Of a stretch of 64,000 nt of DNA, positions 12,640 to 27,495 are shown in pieces. The notes below the pieces were generated by a model, which was given only the letters and a program-made list of their open reading frames with translations, was not told the origin of the DNA and ran no database searches. The DNA is from Eledone cirrhosa (taxonomy: Eukaryota). The stretch spans positions 157,170,001-157,234,000 of the forward strand of contig OZ024742.1 in NCBI GenBank assembly GCA_964016885.1. Reading direction: 5' to 3'. A program made the position numbers and the translations under genes. The stretch's first letter is position 1. Each line of letters opens with the position of its first letter.

Positions 12640-13710
12640 GTTACCGGAGGTTAGATATGCAGATAATGGAATATAAACAAAAGTACCTTCGATCGATTAT
12701 GTTCGGTTATATGTGTTTGGGAAATATTGTGGAGAGCAATCACTTTGATTCCAGTTATCCTGCGTGGATAACTGTAGGTTACATTCCCCAAAGATGTTTA
12801 TCCGTGAACGGAATAATTCTAAATGTGTCAGCTACATGTATAAGTGGATAGGTATATTAGAATAAATAACGTAATGTAAAGGAAGTATACATAACTCTAC
12901 ATTAGCCATATCATATCATAATATATCATTGCAGTCAGTAATATTTCAGGGAAATCCTTCATAATCCATATTCCATATTCCATCAGAAATTAAGGGCCCA
13001 TTCATACAATAACATTTTTATTACAACACCACACGTAAGTATTCCGCAGAATGTGTCTAGAACAATTGAAGATGTGTTTATGTAACCAGTAGTTTTTATG
13101 TCCTGTAGCTATTGTATGTGTATCATTTCCCGAAAGGATAAGGATCGTAGACCATAAGCATTTATGTAAACAGGTGTTGACTTGAATACTTCTTATCAGT
13201 ATATATCTAATGACAGCAATTCAACTCACATCGGTGTGTAACATTATAAAGCTGATTATATTAACACGTGAAGCACATTTGCTATAGCAATATTAGTTTC
13301 GTAGCATACGGGATTATTATTAATAATACCGAGCATCTAAATTGCTTTTAATTAGTATCCAAACAACAATATAGCGATTTATTTCTTTATGTTGAATTTA
13401 TGAGATAAGTATATTAGCAAATGGTACATTTCCTTTGAGTTCAAAGAAGCATAAAGTAGTTTCCCTAGCTAACATGCCCTTTGGAATTATTTAGCTGATT
13501 TTCAATAACTGAACAAATTATGTCTATCAGACTTAGTAGCATTTCATAATATATACATATACATATATAATTATAGTTGTGCTGTGGACTGTGAATATAA
13601 TAATTGATGCTTGAATACACATAAGCTGATATTATGCTAGTCGTCACATGTTCGGAAAGAATTATGCAAACAAACTGCAGTCTACTTCGGAATGTGTAGA
13701 TCTTAAATAC
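12640..13710 (+). pseudogene. Possible decayed exons of a multi-EGF (MEGF10-like) extracellular region
   Basis: Fragments across frames: FGKYCGEQ..SCVDNC..QRCLSVNG..ATCISG and MFGKNY..NCSL. Many stops. Confidence 0.3.
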
Positions 13711-14513
13711 TCAGATATGAATATTTTCATAGTAGAACATTCTATGCTAGGAATCATGTGAGTTTCAAGAATGACAATATTTATTTTATCAATTGTATTC
13801 TTTGATCAATGTGTTTAGCTACGTCATATTGATTTTCCCTAATTACCTGCTACAATGCTTTATGCAAAGAGATCTTAGATTTATCGAGCAATGATATCTT
13901 CCATTGTCTCAAATGTATTAAGATGTACATTGTAATAATACGGAAAGAAACAAGCCGCTCTCTATCATTATAAGTGTTTCGTTTGAAAATCAGTGAAATA
14001 AAATATAATGAAGAAAATAAAGCTAAACGTATTAACTTTTATCAAACGCATAATAAGTATCTGAATCAAAGTTCGAAATAGAAAATGATTAATCAATATT
14101 TCGTAGTGGCCGATCCTGAATATATATTGCTCTTTCATTTTTTTTTCCACATCATATGTTGTCTTATAGTGCTGGTCAAATGAATAAAAACAACGATCTG
14201 ATTTAAATGTTATGGTTAATAAATTCCATCTCTTATCTCCAAATATAAACGTGTAATAGAATATGTTTTCTTTATTTTCTCCCCAGATTTGCTGATGCAA
14301 CACATTCTATAGAGATAATGCAAATACATAATTTAAGAAAAGGTAATTTTCAGATGTGTATAATACATAATTTATTCTATATTTTCATGAATTGTAGTTT
14401 GCATTTCTAGTTCCATTGTACATAGTATCGGTTAATTTAAGGAATTATAACATTGTGTATATGCAAAAGTAGTATGGAAGTTTAAACAAACGACCATATT
14501 TCACTCTATATAT

Positions 14514-14730
14514 ATGGTAGTTTGGCCGAAACGTTAGATCGTCGGAAGTGATGTATGGCTGTATTTTCCTGGTTCAATTTACATTCTGCTTTCAATGACC
14601 GCTGAGGTCAACTTTTGCGTTATCCTTCCGACGTATATAAAATAAAGTCCCAGTCAATTACTGAAATCGATATAATCATATTTCCTCTCCAAAACATTAC
14701 TAACCTTGAGCCTAAAGTACAAATCAATAA
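14514..14730 (+). mobile_element. Old SINE copy, followed by a 5' SINE fragment at ~14752-14845
   Basis: gaggtcaacttt..aaaataaagtcccagt..gcctaaagtacaaatcaat aligns to the SINE at 6426. Confidence 0.7.
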
Positions 14731-15076
14731 GTGTATATAAAAAAGGTTCTTGGATTGGCAGTATAGGTAGATACTGCGACATGTTTTACCGTATGTAGGT
14801 ACGACTTTCTACTTTCTGTGTTCGAATCCCGCTGATTCAGGTCTTTTTAAAAGACTTTATATAGATATATAAAATAGTTTTTGTCAAAGTTTATCTATAG
14901 TATTCGGTTCACTTCTAAAAATCATTACTATTAATATACATCATTACACATTTAGTAATGCAATAGAATTAAAATACGAGACTCTCAAGTGAGTTGTTTG
15001 TCACATGTGATATCATGTACTGAGATGAATACAGTTATAATCACATGTTAATATTAAAATGACAATACATGTATTA

Positions 15077-15275
15077 GATTGGCAGTAGCGGTAGTAGCAC
15101 GTCGGACAACATGCTTTGTGGTTTATAGTTACTGCTCTTTAATTTCTGAGTTCAAATACAGCCGAGGTTAGTATTGCCTTTCGTCCTGATGGGCTCTATA
15201 AATTAAAGAACCACTAATGCACTGGGGTCGATTAAATTATCTTTCCCCTCCCAAATAATTGTTGACTTTGTGCTG
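15077..15275 (+). mobile_element. SINE copy
   Basis: gattggcagtagcggtag..ctgagttcaaatacagccgaggtt..gcctttc..taatgcactgg. Confidence 0.8.
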
Positions 15276-15825
15276 CGTTAATTGTCACATTTCTTCCAAA
15301 TTAGGAATTACATTACAATAATTAAATCATTCTTAGATATCTACTTTATCATCCAATATCAATCACATTTATTAGGAACCCTCACGTCGATAAAATGTTG
15401 TAAGCTGGGAAATCTTTATTCTAAAATTATAACTATTTTTTAATCAGGAGGCCACACACTGTGTCCTTAGACAACATCACAATGGGATAACATATTTCAA
15501 CTGAAAGTCCGGAGGGAGATATTGTATTCTATATTCTGAACATATTCATACGAATAATATATTTAATTTTTTGTTTGTCATATAAAAATGAACATAAAAT
15601 ATTACACGACAGTAAACTGGGTCTCATTTTTCATTCTCACTACCGCTTTCTATTTCACTGATTCTTCCGTTGAACTATTCCTCCCCAGTCCCTTTCGCAT
15701 ACACACATCTTCACTTCCGCTCTTTTGGAATCGTTTTCGTTGCACTAAGACAAGCGAGATGGATTACCACAAAGAGCACAGAAAATTGACATTTTTCAGT
15801 AACTAAATATAGTTACATAGCTACG

Positions 15826-15874
<49 letters not shown>

Positions 15875-15933
15875 CTCTCTGTCTCTCTCTCTCTTTATGT
15901 CCCCCCTCTCTCTCTCTCTCTGTATATATATAT

Positions 15934-16528
<595 letters not shown>

Positions 16529-16539
16529 ATATATATATA

Positions 16540-16810
16540 TATAAAGAAGAAAATTATAAACGTAAACATGTAAATATGTTTTTGAAACGGTGCGCGAGTT
16601 TGAAATTAGAAATTAGAAAATATAAGATTTCACCGTATTTTAGACTAAAGAAATTTCTAGCCTCATAGTGGAATTTAAAACGCTCCGAGAAATGGAAAAA
16701 GATGAGTGTTGCCATGTACGGCAACACTGATATTTTTTCCATTTCTCCGAGGGTTATACATTCCACTATCAGGTTAGAAATTCTTTTAGACTAAAATACG
16801 GTGAAAGCTT

Positions 16811-16822
<12 letters not shown>
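16540..16822. mobile_element. Fold-back insert in (TA)n (arms ~16609-16673 and 16761-16822, tail 16540-16608)
   Basis: Inverted arms are visible; same family as 10690-10836. Confidence 0.7.
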
Positions 16823-16861
<39 letters not shown>

Positions 16862-16862
<1 letters not shown>

Positions 16863-17244
16863 CATGTGAGAGATATTTAATTTGTTGGAAATCCAACAAA
16901 TATAGATGCTTACAACTGATTCAAAGCACTACATTTATAAGACCATATTTATTCCATTATATATATTTCAATGGTACCAAAAATGTTGGTACGCTATCAT
17001 CAAATATAATACAACATTTTTTATAAATATTTAACATGAACAAGGATGATATATATTCCTTAACGGTTCAAGTTATCCCTAGAAAAACATTTCCAGGGAT
17101 AACTTGAACCGTTAAGGTATATCATCCTTGGTCATGTCAAATATTTATAAAACATTTTGTATTTTATCTGATGATAGTGTACCAAAATTCTTGGTGCTCT
17201 TGAAATATATATAATTGAATAAATATGGTTTTATAAATATAGTT
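16862..17244. mobile_element. Fold-back insert (arms ~16928-17085 and 17090-17244) with HHR at 17161-17220 (+)
   Basis: attttat-CTGATGA-tagtgtacca..tggtgctctt-GAAA-tatata-TA-attgaat. Arms are diverged. Confidence 0.75.
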
Positions 17245-17445
17245 TCCATTTATTTAATATCAATTGTAAATCTGTAAAAAAAAAGGTATAGTAAATAGGG
17301 TGCAAAAACGAATTAATAAAATATCAGCCAATAAAGGTATATTCGATGAAAAGGCTGAATGCTGCAACAACGCGTGAAATAGAGCAGGATATGTGAATAA
17401 TATAGAATATGTAGATAATAATAATCCAAGTATTGAAAAAAATAA

Positions 17446-18105
17446 TCTATATATATATAAAGCTGTGGTTGTCTGTCTGTCTATCGATTTTTGGCACACA
17501 TCTCCTCTTAGAATCTCTCACGGAATTGCACCGAAATTGCTATACTTGTACATTGAGCCCTAGCGAAGACATCGGAAAAAAAATATTTCAAATTGACCCA
17601 CCCTATGTGACGAAATCGAATCTAATGTATCGATTTTTGAGCGTAAGTGACGAGTTATTTCCCTTTGTTCTGTTTACATTGAGCGTCTTACGTTGTTTAC
17701 ATTTTCTGCGTGCAAAAATTAAAAAAATTACGCTGGCTTTCTCAGCGTTTAAAATGACATTAACACAATACACGAACAGTTGTCGAGCCAGCAAAATTTT
17801 GACCTGCAAAATTCATCAGTTCGAACACTAAACTTCCGTTTTGCTTCATTTCCATTTAAAAGCCTTTTAAAACAATATTTTTACTTGAGAACAAGTCTAT
17901 TTAAACACTACGTAAAACAAGCAAATATTTCGTAAAAAAAAGCAAAAATTATATAAGTTTATTTAAAATATATGTATCTGTAAATTTCGTTAGGCGTGCA
18001 GACAGACAGTCGTGCAGACAGACTTTAAGCCAAAAAAGAAACTTAACATTGTAACTTTAACACAGCTACTGAGCGACCCCGAGCAACGCCGGGCTTTACT
18101 GCTAG
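17446..18105 (+). mobile_element. Non-autonomous Helitron
   Basis: 5' TC(tatatata..gtctgtctgt), 3' hairpin cccgagcaacgccggg, then CTAG. Inserted between A17445 and T18106 with no TSD. Confidence 0.85.
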
Positions 18106-20251
18106 TAACTTATATAAGAGAAACTCTAATAATTATAATTCAAACACCCATACGCCAAATAAATCGAGGATAAGAACTAGAACTAATTCAGTCATATGGT
18201 CCCCCCACCCTGCTTCGGTCGCAGTTAGAACACAAATTGCAAAATTGTTTTTTAACACTTTAGACACCTCTTTCCCTACTCAACATAATACCATTCCATT
18301 TTTAATAGACACACCATTAAATTCTCGTATTCTACAACTATGAAGATGGTCCAAAACATTGCCAAATTAAACACTAAAATCCTAAAACAAAACCAACATA
18401 ATGATCTTAATAATAAAGTCAACATAAATGATACTAAACCAAAATGTAATTGTAGAAATAAAACTGACTGCTCTTTGCAAAATATGTGTCTAGATATTAA
18501 TTTGGTTCATAAATGCACCGTAAAAACTGATCACAACACATACAACTACATAGGATCGACTTGTTCTACATTCAAAGCCAGATTTCCGAACCATAAATGC
18601 TCAATCTCGAACTCCAAGAGGAAATCATCCACTTCTTTATCACAGCTCATATGCTCATTAAAAGAGAGGAATCTAAAATACTCCATTATTTGGACAAAAC
18701 TTCGGAATTGTGGAGTTTACCGCAACTCTAGTATATCAAACAACTGCGCGCTCTGAACAATGGAGACCCTGTTCGTTATTAATAACTTTGAGACCCTAAT
18801 TAACGAAAAAAGTGAATTATTCTCTAGTTGCCTTCATAAAGCTACGTCTACATTTTTAGCCTACCACAAAACTAGAAAAAAATAGAGTGAAACACTAAAC
18901 CATTAAAAACTTGGTTGTCAGACGTATATAGCCTTTACTATTGCATTATCTTATAAATATATTTAGAAGAAATAACGTTTGAATGATTGACATTTGTTCA
19001 ATAACACGCCGGCACATTGATATACATAACGTAATATTATTAACTCTGATCCATACCCTTTTTTCTCTATCTTTATTTTCCTATCTAAGTTTTAAATTCT
19101 AGTTTAAATATCCGAGCCTTATATTTTTACGAAAATTATTTTTTAACTGTGAATCTTTCATGTGTTTACATTTTCGATTACTTATTTATAATATGTATGT
19201 AATTATCTTTCGTAAGTTTTTAAATATACCTACCGTATTTTTATATCCATGATTCAAATATAGAGCAAATATCCAAACTATAAATTATTATGGACCTTAT
19301 TTTTAACTGTGAATTATCCATGCATTTATTATTGTTTTTCTTATATATATATATGTATATATTTAACTGTAACACGTCGAAATCCTTTATATAAGAGTTT
19401 AATCGTTATCATTTACCTAAAGTATACTGTATCATTAAAACCTAATATATATATACCTCCCGATATCTTTCTATACATAATCTTTAGATAACTTCTAAAT
19501 TTCTAGATTATTATTTATTTTGAACTACGATTAACTCATGCTTTTACACCCTGTTATATTATATAGGTATCTATTTAACTTTAGCATGCTTCAATCTATT
19601 ACTTTATATTCGTTATCATTTACCTAAAATATACTGGCTCATTAATCTATATACATAATCGTTATTTAAATATTTCTAACAATAAGTACTTCATAAGCTT
19701 TACATACTGAAAATGTTGACATTTTTATAGATTATCTTCGTTAAAGTTTACATTTAGGAAAATATTCAAGAGTGTAAATTTTCCTTTCGCTGGTCAGGTA
19801 AATCCTTTAAATATTACCCTCATAAAATTCAGAGGTTTAGAAATGATAACACACTTATAGAATTTATAAAATTAATAAATATAAATAACCAGCAACTTTA
19901 TAAAAAAAAACCTTAAATCTTGATTCTACACCCTAAAATAACATAAATTAAATATTTTGAAACTTAACCGTTTAGCTTTAGGAAAAAATCTCTTTCTGCA
20001 TATATTTTTCCCTCTCTCTAAATCCCCTCTCAGCGGCCCTAATTGACTGTTATACTTCATGAGATCTTTTCCTAAATAAACATAACAGTCACATTGACAA
20101 ACGTGTTTTCTTACTCACACATTCTCTATTGAATTTTTTACGTTTTCGCATTTTCTCATTATTAGGATATAAATGTTGAATTTTCTGTTGGGTTAATCAC
20201 TACCTTAATTAAATCTTAACCATTTAACATCTCCGGGTATGTCATGTATCA

Positions 20252-20312
20252 TTATGTTTTGTCTGATGAGGATGTACTGTTGTACATCCGAAATATGTAT
20301 AATAAAATGTAA
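20252..20312 (+). ncRNA. Minimal type I hammerhead ribozyme in PLE pLTR
   Basis: ttatgttttgt-CTGATGA-ggatgtac-tgtt-gtacatcc-GAAA-tatgta-TA^ataaaatgtaa (8-bp stem II; stem I includes GU pairs). Confidence 0.88.
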
Positions 20313-20344
20313 TTGATCAAAAGAACATCTATCTTATTAATATT

Positions 20345-20445
<101 letters not shown>

Positions 20446-20504
20446 CGTAGTTATGTGACTATAGTTACAGGCGGTCACGTGTTAAAACATAGATGTTTCA
20501 TATA

Positions 20505-20642
20505 ATAATTGTTTCTACTTTTGGCACAAGGCCAACAATTACCCAAGTGTATTACTGGTACTTTATTTTATCGATCCCGTAAGGATGAAAGGAATAGTTA
20601 ACCTCGGCAGGATTTGAACTCAGACCATAAAGGGACGTAACT
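20505..20642 (-). mobile_element. 5'-truncated SINE
   Basis: Reverse complement of the 3' two-thirds of the SINE at 6426. Confidence 0.88.
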
Positions 20643-20706
20643 AAATTTTATTTATCGTGCAACCTTGACTTAGTCCAGCTTACTACTCCCTCTCTCTTTC
20701 TATATG

Positions 20707-20741
<35 letters not shown>

Positions 20742-20742
20742 T

Positions 20743-20796
<54 letters not shown>

Positions 20797-21579
20797 GGTG
20801 TGTGTACGTGCATGCGTGTGAATGGTGTGAATGTGTGTTTCTGTGCGCGCGCGCACGTGGGGGCCTGTGTATTATTATATATATGTGGTAGATATGTATG
20901 TAACGATAGTTAAAGTGTTGTTTAATGCACTCAATGCTCTAACGAGGGTATATATTATATTAGATTTCTTACAAAAGGCATCCCTGTATATGAAATTTGG
21001 TTAGGAATGCATTTTGAACTCGTAGTCATGCAATTCTTTTTTTCTCTTTTGACACTAATGCCGCATGACATTTTGTTTCCCGTCACAAGTATAACATCAG
21101 TAATTGGCACACTCAAAGACAACACGCGTCTTTTGCCTTTACATATCAATATATTTTTTTCTGAAATTAAGCGTGTTTGCTGTCAAATTTATTATATACA
21201 TATATTCATTTATTAATATATGTTTTTCATATGTGAGATTATGAGCGGAGTAAACAATTATATCTGATACTTTAACCTCAACAAAACAAAGCTAAATTAT
21301 ATAATGGTTGATAATTTAGGAACAAGGCCAATGACTTTGTTTGGGTGGAAGGTCGTTTATAGCAACCCTATTAGGGTGGAATGTTTAAACAAGGAAGGAT
21401 TTACACTTAGAGCGTTGTGAATAGGATCAAATACCGAAAGATGTTTTGCCTGTGAAACCTATGAGGACGAAAAGAACCGACGTCTTTCTAGACAAGCCAA
21501 TCCCTTATTATGTCATATAATTTATATATATATATATGTATATATGACGCATATAATACGTACTCAGACACACACACAG

Positions 21580-21611
<32 letters not shown>

Positions 21612-21664
21612 ACATACACACACACACATATATATATATATTTGTATATACGATGTATATATAG

Positions 21665-22419
21665 TTTGTGGTTGATTATGCTAATTGGGAGAGGAAATGG
21701 AGTATATATCTTATGAAATGATTCTATGGACATAATTTATAGGATATTGCACCGATTATTTAATTTATTAATTCATAATTGAGCCACATCTTGAATGGTT
21801 TGCCAAAAAACATATCTATGACTTTGTCTAGTTTGTGTATATGTAAATCTTTATATTTGATAATCTCCCATAAGGTTGAGATGCAATTTAGGAAATATTA
21901 GGCTGCGCTTTCTAGCAACCAGCCCGCTAGCCGTAAGGCACAAATCACATTCTTTCTGACTTGACCACTGCCACGTCACAGTTCTTAGCCATTTTGAATT
22001 CGTTTCTGGCGGGAATCATTTAATAAAAATCCTTGTCCAAGTGAGTGTGTTTCCTTATGAGTTCGAAGCTCGAGAATTTATCCTTGATAGGATATTTCCG
22101 AAAGTGAACGAAATCCGGGTAGAAACGTAATCCTGGTATGTGTATATGCATTTTTTCTTCTAACTTTAATTTTATACCTAATTGTGTATGGTTGACGATA
22201 TATTTAATCGATTTCCACGTACTATTGAAATGATCGGTAAATATTATATAGCGGTTGGTCGCGAATAGATGGCTGTCGTTTATTTATCTATTATTTCTTC
22301 ATAGGTACCTTTTAATATTATAGCCTCGTTTAATTGTTTTTTTGTGTGGTTGATTATGCTAATTGGGAGAGGAAATGGAGTATATATCTTATCAAATGAT
22401 TCTATGGGCATAATTTATA

Positions 22420-22421
<2 letters not shown>
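21665..22421 (+). mobile_element. Family R non-coding HHR element: 678-bp monomer plus ~75-bp terminal redundancy
   Basis: gttgattatgctaattgggagaggaaatgg.. occurs at 21671 and 22349. HHR at 22049-22126 (gtttc-CTTATGA-gttc..gaac-GAAA-tccggg-TA-gaaac). Confidence 0.8.
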
Positions 22422-22452
<31 letters not shown>

Positions 22453-23522
22453 GCATAGAGTCACTGGCATTTGCAAATCTATGCTTGCATCATTTGAGAT
22501 AGTATTGCGTTATCTCAAGTAATTCATGATTGTGTATATAGAAAATTGTCGTATACGAAAATATGAGAAAATTTTGATGGAAAAGGATGCCTTATTCCCG
22601 TCGGTGATCATTAATGCACACTAATGTGGCTTAATGCTTTTCTCTGTTATTTGTTTTAATAGCTTTATATTTTTAATATATTGTGTGTATGTAAATCAAC
22701 TGTAGATTAGTGATGCCGGAGTGTTATAGTTGATTTACAAACTAGACATATTTCTGAAGCGCTTTACTAAATATTTGAATATTGTCGTTAATGAAGAACA
22801 TGCTATAGTAGTTTAGAACGGATATACGATCGAGCATATATACTCTCGAACACAATGACTTTAAAATATTTACCATTTAGGGAGAATTCATGAATTTTGT
22901 ATTAAAATGTCCAATAGAATTTGAGTGGAATCATATAAAACTGAAAATAGCGAAAATAAAATAAAGCATATTTGCTATGATTGTCAAAATGTTCAAATAA
23001 CACGTGCAGAATGTAAATATAACCAAGAAAAAAAAGTCCTTTTGGATATAACTCTTACGAATAGCGTAAATTCATGAAAATACTACAATTTTGCTTCGAG
23101 TAGCGTATGGCTCCATGTTAACATGCAGCAATGCATTTTAGTTTTTGTCTACTGCTTTTACGAATATTTATTTTAGTAACACATATATTGTTGAATTATT
23201 ACGCAATTATATAATGAAATGAAAATTATGACAAATGTAATGTAATTATAAAATATTTATAAGCATACACACATATTTACATACACACATATTCACATAT
23301 TTACTATATAACCATACAAGAGAGCACAAGTATGTAATATATACACACACACATAGACACGCACACGCACGCGCACACACACGCACACACACATATATAT
23401 ATATATGTATATATATATATACACACATATATATTATGAGTGAGAGAAAGTTTTGTATATATACGTGAACATAATACATACATTTATTTGTAAATGTATG
23501 CGTATGTGTATGTTCATGTGTG

Positions 23523-23558
<36 letters not shown>

Positions 23559-23559
23559 G

Positions 23560-24600
23560 ATAATATCGAAAATCACCACCGGAAAAACTAACAGAGGAAT
23601 ACCAGGATGTTCATTTAGAAATCCAGGTGAATGTCCTTTGCAAGGCAAATGCAACATTAAATCCGTTGTATATGAGGCAACCAAACTTCTACTGAAGAAC
23701 GTTATGTGTGCATGACCCACGATACCTTTAAAAAAAGATGCTATGCACACTTCGCTTCCTTTCGACACCAGGATAAAAAGAAAACTACGGCGCTGGCAAA
23801 TAGAGCGTGGGAGATGAAAAAGCGTGGGATCCCATAGGAAATTGATTGGTCTATTTTAGACCAACATCTGAAATCTCCCAACACCTGTCTTAACTCTTAT
23901 TCAGATATATTTAAAATCTGCCTACATATAAGAACTAATCTCGTTTCTCGGCATCAAACTTTATTTTGGACACTTACCCACCTTGAACACTCTCTCCTTT
24001 TCACACATTCAACACTTATATTATGCCCTATCTTATATTACACCTATTTTATTCATTTCTTCATTTCCCGTACCTTGAACAATATCTCTTACTTTACCAC
24101 GTAAACTCTCTCTTATTTTACACACCCTTTTTACATATTTAATATATATTTTATTCTATTTTATTTATTTTTTACACTCATATTATTCACTTATTGACTT
24201 CATCTTTTCCTGAATACTATCTTTTTGTTTTACACCCATGGCACTTTACCACATACTTCCAACATTTTTATTTTATATTACACCTAGTTTATCCATTTCT
24301 TCATTTACTTTTACCTTGAACACTCTATTGTAACGACGAACAACTCTTTCTTATTTTAAACATCCCGAAATTTTTTACATATTCAACACTTAATTTATTT
24401 TACTTTATTTTATTTTACACTTATTTTACACTTATATTATCCACTTATTGACGTCATATTTTCCTGAACATTCTGTCTTATTTTAACCAACCTGGGTCTT
24501 TATCACATACTTTCAACAACAAAATATTGTTATAGCTCTGTTCGAAACGTAAATACTCGTTTTCCTTTGCTTTTTCTTCGGAATTGCGCCTAACACATAT
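23560..24600 (+). mobile_element. Degenerate PLE GIY-YIG fragment plus 3' UTR with an internal tandem duplication
   Basis: GCSFRNPGECPLQGKCNIKSVVYEA..FRHQDKKKTTALANRAWEMK..IDWSIL. ~24000-24260 resembles ~24265-24525. Confidence 0.75.
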
Positions 24601-24611
24601 TTATACATATA

Positions 24612-24718
<107 letters not shown>

Positions 24719-25090
24719 GGTATGTGTGTGTGTGTGTGTGTATGTATTTATGCGTCTGGTTATATATGTGTGTTCTTTTGTATACGTGTGTGTGTGTATG
24801 TTTGCATGCTACCATATGTTTATACTTTCACTAGACATATACACGCATGTATCCATATGTAGTTTTACGAATGTGATTGTATTTATGTATACGTTTATCC
24901 TTATGTGTGTGGGGTTTTATTTTATTTTATTTTATTATTTCCGTGTATTTTCGTATCTACATATCTGCAGACTGGTGTGTTACGCTTCTGTCTATGCCAT
25001 GTGTATATATATACGTATGTGCATGAGTATTTGTTAAATCTATTTATTTTTTGCTTATAATTTTGCAGTATTAACGTTCATATACATGTG

Positions 25091-25143
<53 letters not shown>

Positions 25144-25617
25144 AAGGATATATATATATATATGTGTGTGTGTGTCTATATATATGTGTGTGTATATGTG
25201 TATGTTTGTGTATATATATATATATATATGTATTTATATATATATACATATATATATTTTTTTACTTTCATCTGAATATGTGTGTGTGTGTGTATGTATG
25301 CACACATATGTCTTTTTCTATATTGCAATATGCTTTTATATATTATTTTTCTTACTCTTCTTTTCTTATGTATATTTCCCGTTATTTTTCCCGCCTCACT
25401 TCCATTTTTTAACAGATTTTAAATCTCATTTCATAATTTTTTCCATAACATCTCTGTCTGGTGACCGATCCAGACGTGTATTAATATCGTCTGAGATCAA
25501 GACACCTTGGGAATGGGGTAGTTATATTTTGTGTTGTTCACTTTCTAATTAAATAGCATTGTTCTATAAATATATATAAATATATATACATATATATGTA
25601 TACACTCACACACACAC

Positions 25618-25686
<69 letters not shown>

Positions 25687-26190
25687 TTTACGTATCGAGA
25701 AAGAGAGAAAAAAGGAGGGATAGGTGATACATATAGTTATTTGCCAAGTAGCGTATGCCAAAGGTGCTCGATACTAGTGCCGGCAGTATTAAATATTCGA
25801 AGTGTTAATATTTAGTGGGCTAGAGAGTTAGCAGAGCGTAAGCACGTGGGAAAGTGAAAAATCGGAGAATAGACCGTTAAAACATGTTTATTGAAAATAT
25901 CACCTACGTACGTTTTGCCCAGTTGGGCTTCTCAAGGGCATAAACAGTCACAAGTGTTCCTTATATAGTTTGGAAAGAGATTTGGGGGTTAAATCGACAT
26001 CAAGATTCATTGTTCGCAAAAATATCTTGTTTTGATTTTGCAGCAGGTCAAGGGAGGTAACTTTGGCCGGTGTTAGGGCAGTCTTTCCCGGATAATTTTT
26101 GGTGTGCAGGGATCGGTTTCTGGGTGTTGTTTTGCTGCGCCTGCCCGCCGGGGTGTTAAGACTTGTTGCAGGGAGATCCAGTGTGTTATT

Positions 26191-27102
26191 TCACTCTCCA
26201 TTCTTAACCCATCTAAAGAAGGATATTTTTAAGCGATGTGTACAACTTATCGCTGTTTCAGCTCTGCTGTTGATGAGCTCGTGGGGTGCAGTTATGATGT
26301 GGTAGAGCTCCATGAGGCAAAGATCGCATTTCCTCTTGAAGTTGTACGGTGCAGCCCTGTCGACAATCTCCCAGTGCGTGGAGAAGCTAATGTTTAAGTC
26401 CTTTAGTGATGTGATGTAGTCCGCGAGCGAGGTGGAGTGCCTTAGTTTTCTATTTGTGAAAGAGTGGAGATGTTTTCGAAACCTAATTTTGAACGGGCCG
26501 GAGGTGGCCCCTATATAATGTTTAACGCTATTGTGGCTAGTAATAATGCATCTATATATAACCCTATCGGTCAAGCAGTATCCTCTAAGGGGGCACCGTC
26601 CTCTGTCGCGGCAGTTGCAATTTCTGTCGCTGTTCCGTCTATTTCCCACGATAAGGCTATCATTCTTGCTGCCTACGTTGTTAGCTGTGCCACCGCTGCT
26701 GTCGTTAGCACAATTACAACCCACAGCACGCGGGATGGTGCGATTGTTATTCCGCACGCCATGTTTTGCATGCTCCCCAGTCACCTCGCGGTCATTCTGG
26801 TTGCGTCTGCGGATGCCGTTGCCAACACTATTGGATGCTGTCAGGGAGTTGTTAAGGCCGATACAGTTATTGTCAGGTGTAGGTGCGTCTGCGTCGAGGT
26901 GCTGTGTCTTGGTGATCTTACTGTGGTTCGTTGTTCCTATGATGTCTGCTAGGTTAGGAGTAGTAGAGAAGGATATTTTTATATTGTTCCTATTAATAAT
27001 TTTTCTATACCTATGGTTGGGTGGGAAGTTCTTCTCTAAAGCTTCGAAGAATATCCGGGGTATGTTGGAGGCCACACTTCGAGAGTAGGGGGGTGGAACC
27101 AT
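26191..27102 (-). CDS. PLE C-terminal region: Cys-rich linker and GIY-YIG endonuclease (open 303-aa fragment of a truncated element)
   Basis: PPPYS, NNIKISFSTTPNL, CNCRDRGRCPLRGYC, VIYRC..HYIGAT, CDLC. Confidence 0.85.
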   Translation of the reverse strand: MVPPPYSRSVASNIPRIFFEALEKNFPPNHRYRKIINRNNIKISFSTTPNLADIIGTTNHSKITKTQHLDADAPTPDNNCIGLNNSLTASNSVGNGIRRRNQNDREVTGEHAKHGVRNNNRTIPRAVGCNCANDSSGGTANNVGSKNDSLIVGNRRNSDRNCNCRDRGRCPLRGYCLTDRVIYRCIITSHNSVKHYIGATSGPFKIRFRKHLHSFTNRKLRHSTSLADYITSLKDLNISFSTHWEIVDRAAPYNFKRKCDLCLMELYHIITAPHELINSRAETAISCTHRLKISFFRWVKNGE

Positions 27103-27363
27103 AGGACGTTACGGTGGCGATTACGTGTCCTTGTACTTTTGCTATGGGTGGTTCCATCTAAGTGATCGCTCTTATGCGTGTTAATGCGCTGTCGCCCGTT
27201 CGGTGCCCCTTTTACTTTATGCTCGGGTGCACTCTTTCTACCACTTCCATGTTTATGTACACGAAGATGTTGGTTGGAAGGCGTTGGTAGTAGGCCGTCG
27301 CCTTTGTTGGTTTTGTAATAGGGGAATAGTTTGAGTAATCTACAGTATTCACCGTCGCCTGTT

Positions 27364-27408
27364 TATGCCCTTGAGAAGCCCAACTGGGCGAAACGTACGT
27401 AGGTGATA
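27364..27408 (+). ncRNA. Minimal HHR, U3-A8 core variant
   Basis: cc-TTGAGAA-gccc-aact-gggc-GAAA-cgtacg-TA^gg with palindromic stem III. The other arm has GAAA changed to AAAA. Confidence 0.75.
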
Positions 27409-27460
27409 TTTTCAATAAACATGTTTTAACGGTCTATTCTCCGATTTTTCACTTTCCCAC

Positions 27461-27489
<29 letters not shown>

Positions 27490-27495
<6 letters not shown>

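Larger units (their letters stand above)
25683..27462 (-). mobile_element. 5'-truncated PLE with 3' pLTR + tail (25683-25947) and inverted 5' pLTR (27358-27462)
   Basis: Inverted ~105-bp arms, (TA)n flanks on both sides, and a GIY-YIG ORF inside. Confidence 0.9.

Noticed and set aside
25455-25505. CTGGTGA plus hairpin at the end of a PLE-UTR-like tract
   Set aside because: GAAA and stem III are missing; too degenerate to call.
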